From Candidatus Yanofskybacteria bacterium CG10_big_fil_rev_8_21_14_0_10_36_16 (GTDB lineage Bacteria; Patescibacteriota; Minisyncoccia; 2-02-FULL-40-12; IGHO2-01-FULL-4-A): DNA of 64,000 nt. The stretch is taken from positions 17,842-81,841 of the forward strand of contig PCXQ01000004.1 in assembly GCA_002794035.1 (NCBI GenBank), in the 5' to 3' direction. Positions 1 to 8,958 of this stretch are shown here, one piece after another (position 1 is the first letter of the stretch; each line of letters opens with the position of its first letter). Under the pieces are notes generated by a model. The model searched no databases, was not told the origin of the DNA, and saw only the letters and a list, made by a program, of their open reading frames with translations. Made by a program: the position numbers and the translations under genes.

Positions 1-40
1 ATAATTTATATATTTAAATATGAGCGTTTGTGATTACGGG

Positions 41-271
41 TTTTGAGCGGGATGCTCAAATTTAAAGGACGATAAATAACATGTAGGTAGTAATAAAATG
101 GCTGCCTAGAATTAATAAAATTAATTCTAGATGCTCATTTTTCTAATTACTCTCTACGTTCGTAAAGAGAGGCGTCCCGCTCCCAAAATTGTAGAGTTAA
201 GGGCTTCTGTCTAAATAATTTATATTTAATTTTTGTAGTGAACATTGGTAATTTTTGAGCGGGATGCTCAA
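41..271. repeat. 19-bp direct repeat TTTTGAGCGGGATGCTCAA (41-59, 253-271) with an inverted variant at 172-188
   Basis: Two exact copies; each folds as a TTGAGC/GCTCAA hairpin. Confidence 0.8.
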
Positions 272-303
272 GTTGTTACCCAATCGTTTCACTCTTGGAC
301 AAC

Positions 304-576
304 TTGGCACATACAAAGGCTAAAGGCACTACAAAAGGAAATAGGGATTCAATTGGGAGGCGCTTAGGCGTTAAACTTTATGATGGTCAAAAAGCTCAAA
401 TTGGCAGTATTTTAATACGTCAAAGAGGTAGTAAATTCTGGCCTGGGGAAGGAGTTAAAAAGGGCAAGGACGACACTATTTTTGCTATGAAAGACGGTGT
501 TGTTAAATTTACAACCCGAAAGAAAATGAATTTTGACGGCAATAGACGCATTATTAAGATAATAAACGTAGTCTAA
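304..576 (+). CDS. rpmA: 50S ribosomal protein L27
   Basis: AHTKAKGTTKGNRDS..RRLGVK..GSILIRQRG; TTG start at 304 gives the canonical N-terminus. Confidence 0.97.
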   Translation: MAHTKAKGTTKGNRDSIGRRLGVKLYDGQKAQIGSILIRQRGSKFWPGEGVKKGKDDTIFAMKDGVVKFTTRKKMNFDGNRRIIKIINVV

Positions 577-577
577 T

Positions 578-605
578 TAGTAGTAAGTAGTTAGTATTAA
601 GTAGT
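578..605 (+). repeat. four 7-bp tandem units (WAGTAKT)
   Basis: tagtagt aagtagt tagtatt aagtagt. Confidence 0.75.
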
Positions 606-611
606 ATACAT

Positions 612-634
612 AAATCGCCAGTGGGCGATTTTTT
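612..634 (+). terminator. intrinsic terminator after rpmA
   Basis: AATCGCC-agtg-GGCGATT followed by a T run. Confidence 0.8.
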
Positions 635-686
635 GGTTGTGCCCAAGAGTTGAATAAAATTATATTTTAGTGCTAGTATCTTAACA

Positions 687-1091
687 ATGAAATTTATGAA
701 TTTTATCAAAACCTATCAGAGAGATGTTGTCTTTGCTGTAATTTTGGCGCTGGTTTTTGTGTCCGGATATAACATCGGAAAAATCAAAGGGGCAGGGGAG
801 GAGAAGCCCGACCTTACGGTAACTGCTCCCCGCCCAAATCTGCCTGAGGCAGACCTAAGCGGGCAAGCTTCTAAAGTTGAGGGTCTTGAGATCGGCTCTC
901 CCTCGTTACCTTCGACTACCCCGATTGATTTTAATAATATACAAGTGGTAGTTTCTAAAAATTCTGATAGGTATCATTTTCCATGGTGTCCGAGCATGGC
1001 AAAAATAAAAGAAGAAAATAAAATATTTTTCAAAAATGAAACAGAGGCGCAGAAGGCAGGGTATGTGCTTGCGGGCAATTGCACGAAATAA
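687..1091 (+). CDS. membrane-anchored protein with Ada-type metal-binding domain
   Basis: N-terminal TM helix; SKNSDRYHFPWC..I...NKIFF..ETEA..AGY....C. Confidence 0.75.
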   Translation: MKFMNFIKTYQRDVVFAVILALVFVSGYNIGKIKGAGEEKPDLTVTAPRPNLPEADLSGQASKVEGLEIGSPSLPSTTPIDFNNIQVVVSKNSDRYHFPWCPSMAKIKEENKIFFKNETEAQKAGYVLAGNCTK

Positions 1092-1118
1092 CCGACTTTC
1101 CTCCAAAGGCGGATAGGC

Positions 1119-1146
1119 AAAAACGGCTCATATGTGAGCCGTTTTT
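1119..1146. terminator. bidirectional terminator between convergent genes
   Basis: AAAACGGCTCA-tatg-TGAGCCGTTTT. Confidence 0.8.
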
Positions 1147-1148
1147 AT

Positions 1149-1901
1149 TTAAAAAATTTGCTTGAGCCAGAAGGAGTGTTCCCATTCCCAGAGAGTTTTG
1201 GATGCGAGGAAGGCTTTTATATCATGCTCAATGCCGTAAAGTTCTTTAAATTCTAAATCGCCTGTTGTTTCAGACCATACATGCTGGCACTTGCCGGCAT
1301 TTTTATTTTTCCAAGCGAGTCTTATTTTCTCATTGCCCCCTTTTTCTCGCAGGGTGGAGGAGCAGTTAAGGCATTTTTTTGATTGATCAAGACGAAGTAT
1401 CCATCGTGCAAGGGGTGGCATTGATGGATTTTCTCTGAGGGCCTCAACATAAGCTGCGGTTTGAATATTGTAATCTCTGTAAATCCCCGTTGATGTTTTA
1501 ATATCCAATACTCCGAGCTTGCCGTTTATTTCACAAAGGCAATCCATAGTTCCTGCATAGCGGTGTTTCTTGCTCACTAGTCTTTCTTCTATTTTGTAAG
1601 GAATTATTTCGTGTTGTTTCTTAAATTCTAAAAAAGAATTTATTGCCGGCTGAACCAACGAGGGGATAGGGGTCTCCTCTTCCTTTAAAATCGCTTCAAC
1701 CGTGTCATGGAGCAGGGTGCCTTCCTCGGCGGATTTTTCTTTTATTGCTTCACCAGCTTCAAAACTTTTTTGTTGAGCATAAAAACGATAGAGAGCCGGC
1801 TTGGCCTTTATAGATACAATCGATGTTACACGGGGATACCAAACGCCATCTATTTCATATCCGGTTGATTCTTTAAATTCTTGCAGGTTCTTGTACCACA
1901 T
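1149..1901 (-). CDS. PD-(D/E)XK nuclease family protein
   Basis: YPRVTSI, GTLLH..E, YAGTMD, DIKT, Q.AAY motifs; CxxC...CxH insert. Confidence 0.8.
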   Translation of the reverse strand: MWYKNLQEFKESTGYEIDGVWYPRVTSIVSIKAKPALYRFYAQQKSFEAGEAIKEKSAEEGTLLHDTVEAILKEEETPIPSLVQPAINSFLEFKKQHEIIPYKIEERLVSKKHRYAGTMDCLCEINGKLGVLDIKTSTGIYRDYNIQTAAYVEALRENPSMPPLARWILRLDQSKKCLNCSSTLREKGGNEKIRLAWKNKNAGKCQHVWSETTGDLEFKELYGIEHDIKAFLASKTLWEWEHSFWLKQIF

Positions 1902-2483
1902 AATAATTTCTATATTAATTGAATTACAATAAAATCGCTAGGGGAATTAATTAATACCATGACGCACAATCATAGTTCTGCGACATGCTATATATTTCAA
2001 AATCATTGTTTTCATACATTTGATTATACTTTTTGAGATGCTTTGCTCAAGGTCGATACTTTTTTGTTGATTTATAGCCCCCCATATACTATATAGTGTT
2101 TTTTATACTGTTATTACCAATATACCATATTAAATAAGGAGGTATATTTATAATGCTATTTTAGGCCCCAGAATCGATTCTAAGGGGTTTTAGGGAGTCT
2201 TTGTGAGCATGAGGTTATGTTTTATATATTATTTTATATCTTTTATTAATTTTAAACAATTTCTCTAAATACAGAGATAAATAATTTAAATTTAAAACGT
2301 TTGATTCAAAAAATAAGCAGGAAAGTGGTCGGTTTAATCAGGGGAATTTACTAAAGCATTAGTCATTAATAAAAACATTCCTTCGGGGTGTTTTTTGGGG
2401 CTCTCCGATCATTTGGTTTATTCCCCCACCCTTTTGACAAAAAAAATATTAGACCACATATTATCAACCTTGTGTCAATAAAG

Positions 2484-2492
2484 TTATCCACA
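2484..2492 (+). promoter_or_regulatory. DnaA box TTATCCACA among degenerate boxes (about 2460-2600)
   Basis: Perfect 9-mer consensus. Confidence 0.45.
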
Positions 2493-2620
2493 GGTGTTTA
2501 TCCTTGTTTTTCTGGGTCAGCGAAATCGTTGTTTATGTTTGGTCAACAAAGGCATGTTATCACTAAGATATAAAAAAAGTTCAAGCATATCCCCTGTTTA
2601 TTGTCCTGTTAAAGCACAAA

Positions 2621-2648
2621 ACAAATCCAGCCAAATGGCTGGATTTGT
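2621..2648 (-). terminator. hairpin terminator downstream of the CcdA-like gene
   Basis: ACAAATCCAGCCA-aa-TGGCTGGATTTGT. Confidence 0.7.
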
Positions 2649-2670
2649 AAATATTTTGTGTGATGTTTTG

Positions 2671-3390
2671 TTAGAATATCGGTGGCAGTGAATTAAGCAT
2701 AAATACACCTAATGCAATTAAGAATAAACCGATCACTAATCTCATTAATCCCTTATGCTTTTGTCTCCAAGTTTCTAATTTGTCTGATTTTGTACCAAAA
2801 TAAGACACACCTATTACTACCAGCAACGGCAGAATGAATATTAAATTATAAAGCATAAGCAGGGGCACCGCTTCTGCATAAGAGCCTTTGGCTAATAATC
2901 CCAGGATTGCAAAATATGGCGCTCCAGTGCAAGGCAACTCAACCAAAACCACAAACACACCAAGAACAGCAGTGGTTAGATACAAGATAATAGGATTCTT
3001 TTTTTCAAGTGACTCTATTTTTTTTGTGTAATATTTAATTCGGCTTGCTGCACCAGGAATCATTTGAAGGGTAAACCCTCTTCCATACCAGAAAAAATCT
3101 TTAATTTCTAATAATCCAGCAATTATTGCAATTACGGCAACTATTAAATAGAAAAATCCGGCTATTCCTGTTCCTAATGTTAACCTCAATATGCCAAAAC
3201 CGAGAAATAAATATGTCGCGTACACAACTGCTGAATACAACAACCCTCCGATCAGCATTTTCTTTCTGCTCTTAAATACGCGGGTCATAAAGGCAATTAA
3301 GAAAATAAGTACTCCAAAAACGCACGGGTTAATACTGTCTATAAGTGCTGCACCTATTATAATTGGCAATGTAAGTTGTTCTCCCAACAT
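2671..3390 (-). CDS. CcdA/DsbD-family transmembrane electron carrier
   Basis: About 6 TM helices; DSINPC and ELPCTG cysteine motifs. Confidence 0.8.
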   Translation of the reverse strand: MLGEQLTLPIIIGAALIDSINPCVFGVLIFLIAFMTRVFKSRKKMLIGGLLYSAVVYATYLFLGFGILRLTLGTGIAGFFYLIVAVIAIIAGLLEIKDFFWYGRGFTLQMIPGAASRIKYYTKKIESLEKKNPIILYLTTAVLGVFVVLVELPCTGAPYFAILGLLAKGSYAEAVPLLMLYNLIFILPLLVVIGVSYFGTKSDKLETWRQKHKGLMRLVIGLFLIALGVFMLNSLPPIF

Positions 3391-3465
3391 CTTGTTTCTA
3401 AAGCTTATAACACAAAAAATTTAAAGTTAGTAAAATAGTTACTTTAAATTTTTATAAACTTTTAA

Positions 3466-4281
3466 TTATTCAGGTAATTTGCAACCTGAAATTTCACTTA
3501 ATTTTTTGAACGATTGAACTCCTGGATCAAATCTATATATTTCACTACCATCTTCCCTCTCTTGTATCCATGTAGGTGTGTGTTCTATGTTTTTGGCCAC
3601 GCATCTTTCAACTTCCGGGTGGGGATTTCTAGGATCGCATTCTATTTCTTTTATATATTGAAAAGCATCTCCGAATAACCCCCGTTGTTTTAAGCAGAAG
3701 GAACATGTTATAGAGCCATACATCAAGAATCCTTTCTCATCAAGACATTGAGCAAATTCGTTGTATTTATCTCCTGGGCCTACAGATGAATGAACCCCCC
3801 ATGTTAAGAGTGCTAATAAAATAGCTACAACAACAGCAGACACAAAGTGGTTCTTTTTAAATTCTGTCCCGCTTCCCTTCCATGCGGTAATTGCTATCAA
3901 TGTCATGAGTATTTTGGATCCTTCACAAAAGACGCATATGCTTTTAATAACCGTGAGCTCTATAATTGTTAGGTAAAGTGATGGACCAAGGAAGGCGATG
4001 GTTATAAATGCTATCTTTTTTAGGGTTTTTTTGTCATATTTAAAAATTGATGTGAAAAATACTGCTATAAAGTAAAAGATTCCCAACATAGAAACAGGTA
4101 TGCCTGCGACCTCAGAATATTCACTTTTGTTAACTATGTCGCATGATAAACCCTTCCCAAGATCACAAAAAGACCCCTCTTCTTCAGAGAAGTGTAAGCT
4201 GACTAAGTATCCCATTATAAGAATACCCAGTATGGATAAGACGGCTAATGCTATTTGTTTTTTTTCGTGTTTTTTAGCCAT
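3466..4281 (-). CDS. vitamin K epoxide reductase (VKOR) fused to a thioredoxin-like domain
   Basis: FCD...SCDIV..S.YS...GIP.S..G, CVFC; C-terminal YGSITCSFC..Q...FG and TPTW. Confidence 0.9.
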   Translation of the reverse strand: MAKKHEKKQIALAVLSILGILIMGYLVSLHFSEEEGSFCDLGKGLSCDIVNKSEYSEVAGIPVSMLGIFYFIAVFFTSIFKYDKKTLKKIAFITIAFLGPSLYLTIIELTVIKSICVFCEGSKILMTLIAITAWKGSGTEFKKNHFVSAVVVAILLALLTWGVHSSVGPGDKYNEFAQCLDEKGFLMYGSITCSFCLKQRGLFGDAFQYIKEIECDPRNPHPEVERCVAKNIEHTPTWIQEREDGSEIYRFDPGVQSFKKLSEISGCKLPE

Positions 4282-4310
4282 TTAAGTTTACTTACCGTAG
4301 TAGATAAGTA

Positions 4311-4496
4311 TTAGCAAAACTCGCATGCCTCTTTTGGTTTTTTGCCTCCCTTTTTGCAACACTTATTGCAACAAAAGGTTGTGCCTCCCCAAATAAATGA
4401 GCCCTCACTTTTTTTCTTGGACTTTCCGCATTTACCGCATTTAAAGGTATTGCCAGATGATGTTTTTTTATTTGTTGGTTTCTTTTTGGCTGGCAT
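4311..4496 (-). CDS. small Lys/Cys-rich putative metal-binding protein
   Basis: 61 aa with CGKC, FCCNKCC, CEFC; first gene before VKOR. Confidence 0.6.
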   Translation of the reverse strand: MPAKKKPTNKKTSSGNTFKCGKCGKSKKKSEGSFIWGGTTFCCNKCCKKGGKKPKEACEFC

Positions 4497-4599
4497 AAAG
4501 TTTTAATACAAATACTTGTGTAATTGTATGGTTAATTTATTTTACTTAATTATAACAAATAAACTGACAGCTTCTAAGAAAAGTTATCCCCAATTGTGT

Positions 4600-7251
4600 T
4601 TATAGTCCCGCGAAATGTCTGCGGTGAAGAAGTTTTACAAATTCAATTATAAATAATTTTGTAATACCAATACCCATAACAAGCAAAGCATGTTGCAATA
4701 AAAGAGGCGATGTTCGAAGAACATGGTTTAGTTGTGGTAGATAAACTGCTGACACCATCATTGCAAAGCCCAGTGCAATAGCAAACAATAAGTAGCGATT
4801 ATTAAATAGATTCATTTTAAATATTGATTTATCTAATGATTTTAATGAGAAAATAAAGAATAACGAATCAGTGCCTAAGGTAGCAAAGATTATTGTTCTT
4901 ATATAGCTTATGTCGTAATGAGAGTACTTTAAAAAGAAGAAGAACACAGAGAAAAGAATAATATCTGTCATTATACCAAGAGGATATGCAATAAATGATG
5001 CTTCTCTGTCTAAAATTGGCTTATTCCTTTCTATTGGTTTTCGTTTTAAAACATCGTCTTCCGGAGGTTCAAAAGCTAGCGCAAAATTTGGCAAGCCGTC
5101 CTCTACTAAGTTGGTCCAAAGAATTTGAACAGCTATCAACGGTAAGGGGATCTTAAATAGTAAGGCTCCTAAAATTAAAATTACCTCCGTAAAAGAATTT
5201 GAAAGCATAAAAACTGTGACTTTTTTTATGTTGTCAAAAGCAGTTCTCCCCTGCTTTATTGCTTCAACAATTGTTAAAAAACTATCGTCTAACAAAATCA
5301 AATCAGCGGCTTCTTTTGTAACATCTGTTCCAGATCCTACAGCAACTCCTACGTCAGCAACTTTTAATGCCGGAGCATCGTTTATGCCATCTCCTGTTAC
5401 CGCTACCACCTCCCCTACTTCTTTCCATGCTTTTACTATGCGAAGCTTATGTTCCGGGTTAACTCTGGCAAAAATATCAATCTCTCTAATTTTTGTCCTT
5501 AAATCCTCATCGGATATTTTGTCCATTTCCGCCCCCTCCATAATTGAGTCTTGGTCGGTGGGTAACCCAAGTTCTTTTCCTATCGCTAATGCAGTTAGTT
5601 TGTGATCGCCTGTTAACATAACAAGCCTAATTCCTGCATCGTTAACTTCTTTTATTATTTCTTTCACGCCTTCTCTGATGGGATCTTTTATTGCTGCAAG
5701 GCCTAAATAGGTTATATTTTTAACAGAATTGACCATTTCTTTTTCGTTATATTCCAATACTTCATTTTCGTTGTTTTGGATATCAACATATGCTGCTGCA
5801 ATCATTCTGAGGCCATCTTTTGCCATTTCTTCATATTTAAGCTCAGCCTCTTTTTTATACTCTTCTGTTATCTTTTGTGCCTCTCCGTTTTTGTCCACCG
5901 ACTCAGATAGCTCAATTATTTTTTCAGGTGTGCCAGTAATGTAAACTCGAATCCCTGAGTCCTTTTTATGAAAAGAAGCAATAAATTTATTTTTGGGGTC
6001 AAAAGGTAAAATGTTTAAACGAGGCATTGATAACATTAATTCGTTATATGTCATGTCAGAGTTTTCAAGGAATGCTTGCATTTTTGCCTGATCAGTTGAT
6101 TCTCCTTTTATGGCAGGACCTTCTGGGGTGTTCCCAGATTGTGAGACTGGTTTTTCTACTAATGCTTCATTTGCCAGTGCCAGTGCTAAGTAAAATTCTT
6201 TTTTATCTGATTCGCTAACAATTTTTTCTACTGACATTTTGCCTTCTGTTAAAGTTCCTGTTTTGTCAGAACAGATAACCGAGGTTGAACCGAGTGATTC
6301 TGCTGCGATGAGTTGTTTTACCAATCCTTTTTTTGTGAGAATTCTACGGCTTGATACAGCAAGAATAACAGCTATTGTCGCAGGGAGGCCTTCTGGGATT
6401 GCTGCTACAGCAACTGCTATTGAGGTTATAAATATCTCAGTAAATTCAATTTTTTCATACCACCCAACACCAACTATTAAAACCGAAGCAATGGTAACAA
6501 TTATTGCTATTATTTTGCCCAAATGACCCATTCTTTGTTGAAGAGGTGTTTGATCTTCTTCTGCTTTTTTTGTAAGCTCTGCAATTTTTCCAACTTCTGT
6601 ATTTCCACTTGTTTTTACTACTATCCCTATTCCTTCACCCTTTTCAATTATTGAGCCTGTAAATATCATATTCTTTCTGTCGCCAACCACGACGTCTTCT
6701 TTTATTGAATTTGTGTTCTTGTTAACTGCCGACGATTCTCCTGTAAGAAGTGATTCGTTTGCTTCAAGATTTTTTGCATAAATCAGCCGAGCATCTGCCG
6801 GTACCTTCATCCCTGCTTTTATATGGATTATGTCGCCTATTACTAATTTTTCTGAGTCTATTTCGCGCACATCACCATTTCTTTGGACTCGAGCTATTAC
6901 TTTTACGATTTGTGTTAGCTTTTCGAGTGTTTTACCCGAACTGTATTCTTGGTAAAATCCTATGCCTATGTTTACTGCAACGGCTGCAAAAATTATTATG
7001 GCGTCTAGGTTATGTTCGATGGCGATAGATATTGATCCTCCTATAATAAGTATGTAAATAAGCGGGCTTTTTAATTGACTCAACAAAAAAAGTCCTAATC
7101 GGAAACGTTTTTCTCTGGGGAGTCTGTTGGGGCCTTGTTCTTTAAGGCGTTTTTCTGCTTCTTCTTCCGTTAAGCCTTTTTTGCTTGAGTTAAGACGATT
7201 TAAAACATCATCAAATTCAAGTTGATACCATTTTGTTGCCTCGTTTTGCAT
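4600..7251 (-). CDS. P-type cation-transporting ATPase (type IIA, Ca2+-like)
   Basis: TGES, PEGLP, CSDKTGTLT, TGD, GDGINDAPAL. Confidence 0.95.
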   Translation of the reverse strand: MQNEATKWYQLEFDDVLNRLNSSKKGLTEEEAEKRLKEQGPNRLPREKRFRLGLFLLSQLKSPLIYILIIGGSISIAIEHNLDAIIIFAAVAVNIGIGFYQEYSSGKTLEKLTQIVKVIARVQRNGDVREIDSEKLVIGDIIHIKAGMKVPADARLIYAKNLEANESLLTGESSAVNKNTNSIKEDVVVGDRKNMIFTGSIIEKGEGIGIVVKTSGNTEVGKIAELTKKAEEDQTPLQQRMGHLGKIIAIIVTIASVLIVGVGWYEKIEFTEIFITSIAVAVAAIPEGLPATIAVILAVSSRRILTKKGLVKQLIAAESLGSTSVICSDKTGTLTEGKMSVEKIVSESDKKEFYLALALANEALVEKPVSQSGNTPEGPAIKGESTDQAKMQAFLENSDMTYNELMLSMPRLNILPFDPKNKFIASFHKKDSGIRVYITGTPEKIIELSESVDKNGEAQKITEEYKKEAELKYEEMAKDGLRMIAAAYVDIQNNENEVLEYNEKEMVNSVKNITYLGLAAIKDPIREGVKEIIKEVNDAGIRLVMLTGDHKLTALAIGKELGLPTDQDSIMEGAEMDKISDEDLRTKIREIDIFARVNPEHKLRIVKAWKEVGEVVAVTGDGINDAPALKVADVGVAVGSGTDVTKEAADLILLDDSFLTIVEAIKQGRTAFDNIKKVTVFMLSNSFTEVILILGALLFKIPLPLIAVQILWTNLVEDGLPNFALAFEPPEDDVLKRKPIERNKPILDREASFIAYPLGIMTDIILFSVFFFFLKYSHYDISYIRTIIFATLGTDSLFFIFSLKSLDKSIFKMNLFNNRYLLFAIALGFAMMVSAVYLPQLNHVLRTSPLLLQHALLVMGIGITKLFIIEFVKLLHRRHFAGL

Positions 7252-7288
7252 ATTTGTATTGTAGCAGAACTTAAACCGAGGAGCTAAA

Positions 7289-8575
7289 TTATGGAAGATA
7301 ATCTAACGGGTTTAAGGTGCCGTCAAAATAATTAAAGTAAATCTGCCCATTTTTTTCATTAATATATGTAAAGAAGTCGTGGTATAAACTTAAATGCAAG
7401 TGAGAGCCGGTTGAATTGCCGGTTGAGCCTTCGTACCCAACAATGCTTCCGCCATGAACCGGCGTGGTATTAGAAAGACCTGATGGAGATTGCATGTGCG
7501 CATAAACACTAACTAAGTTGTTGAAATATCGTATGGCTACCCAATTTCCAAAACCATCATTAAATCCGCTGGCAAGTATTGTCCCCTCCCCCATTGCATA
7601 AATAGGTGTTCCATAACCTCCAGCAAAATCAATACCGTTGTGCGGTGCTCCACCGTATGCCCCGCGTCTTGCATATGTTGTATAACCATATCCTTGTGTA
7701 AAGACATAATTATCTTCCGGCCACCTGAATATGTTGGCCTTGGGCGGAATGGGATCGGCTGTAACGTGAACTATAAAAGCCCCTTCTTCTAGTGCTGCTT
7801 TTTCAAGACTTTGCAATTCATTGAAGAATTCTTGTTCTTTTCTTTCAACTTCAGCAAGAAGGTCTCTATATCTTGCTTCCTCACCCTTTGTCTTTGTTAG
7901 TAGGTAGTCTTTGTTTTCTTTTGTGCTTTCGAGTGATATGTTCTGTCTTATTTGTTGTTCTTTTAGGCCTTCTAGTTCCCCCTTTTTTGTTTTTAAGGAA
8001 TTTAGTTGGCCGTCTAAAATTATTTTTTGAGTTTTTAGGGTTGATAATAGTTTCGTAAGTTGAGCACTAAGTTTTTCGTTTTCCTGAGTTTTGCCAAAGA
8101 AATCAGACAATCTTGCATTTTTTAATAACACTGCCAGCATGCTTTGTTTTTCGTTTTGGTGAATTTCAGAAATTAAATTTCCTATAGCTTTTTTTTCAAA
8201 ATTTAAAGCTTCTTGAGTATTAAAAATTTGTTCATTTAATTCTGTCATTTCGAGTTTTGTCGCATCAATACTTCTATCTGTGACAGCTAGCTGAACTCGT
8301 AGCTGGGACATTTGATTGTTTAAAATTGATATTTGTCGTGCCAGGGTATCGGCTTCCTTGCTTTTGGCTTTTATGGTTCCTTTATATTGTTCAGCTTCTT
8401 TTTCTAATTTCTCTATTTGTTCGCGGAGATCTAGAATTTTAAGATTTATATCTTCATCAGCACTGACAGTTTTAAAATTAAAAAATGTAAATATTAAAAT
8501 AAAAACAACAATAAGCACCCACAAATTTGAGGATTTACAGATCTTCAATAAGTTGTTATTATTTAGTAAGCTCAT
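7289..8575 (-). CDS. coiled-coil M23 family peptidase (EnvC/MepM-like)
   Basis: Signal/TM, long coiled coil, HNGID, YAHM, STGSHLH; start uncertain. Confidence 0.9.
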   Translation of the reverse strand: MSLLNNNNLLKICKSSNLWVLIVVFILIFTFFNFKTVSADEDINLKILDLREQIEKLEKEAEQYKGTIKAKSKEADTLARQISILNNQMSQLRVQLAVTDRSIDATKLEMTELNEQIFNTQEALNFEKKAIGNLISEIHQNEKQSMLAVLLKNARLSDFFGKTQENEKLSAQLTKLLSTLKTQKIILDGQLNSLKTKKGELEGLKEQQIRQNISLESTKENKDYLLTKTKGEEARYRDLLAEVERKEQEFFNELQSLEKAALEEGAFIVHVTADPIPPKANIFRWPEDNYVFTQGYGYTTYARRGAYGGAPHNGIDFAGGYGTPIYAMGEGTILASGFNDGFGNWVAIRYFNNLVSVYAHMQSPSGLSNTTPVHGGSIVGYEGSTGNSTGSHLHLSLYHDFFTYINEKNGQIYFNYFDGTLNPLDYLP

Positions 8576-8599
8576 TTTTTGAAACAAGGAGTTAGCAAG

Positions 8600-8926
8600 A
8601 TGAAAATTGAAAGCAATGTATATAAGACCTTAAAAAATTCTATACCAATTATGATTCAGGAATCAGAGGGAAATTTTACTTTGTTAAGCACGATGGGTAA
8701 TTTAGTCAAAAATTATTTGCCAGATATTTTAAATAGTTTCGAGGTTCAATTTAAAGTTAAAATTGTCTCAGTGGAAATTATGGAAGAAAAAGATATTGAA
8801 ATTGGCGGTACATATAATTTGCTTATATTGATTAGGCATGAATCTCAGCCAGATGATTCTAATATGGATTATTTGGTTGAAAAATTAAATTTAGATTTAG
8901 AAATATCTGAACTTGTATCTCATTGA
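8600..8926 (+). CDS. orphan hypothetical protein
   Basis: ATG at 8600 after AAGGAG; TTTACA-17-TATTAT upstream. Confidence 0.6.
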   Translation: MKIESNVYKTLKNSIPIMIQESEGNFTLLSTMGNLVKNYLPDILNSFEVQFKVKIVSVEIMEEKDIEIGGTYNLLILIRHESQPDDSNMDYLVEKLNLDLEISELVSH

Positions 8927-8958
8927 TTCAATTAACTACGCTGTTTTGCGTAGTTTTT

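Noticed and set aside
2086-2130. NrdR boxes upstream of the nuclease
   Set aside because: One imperfect match in AT-rich DNA with no properly spaced second box.
2400-2620. oriC at the DnaA-box cluster
   Set aside because: Only one perfect box, no dnaA or dnaN nearby, and strand bias looks the same on both sides.
2388-2691. Short + strand ORFs of 61 and 65 aa
   Set aside because: No motifs; they run across hairpins and DnaA boxes.
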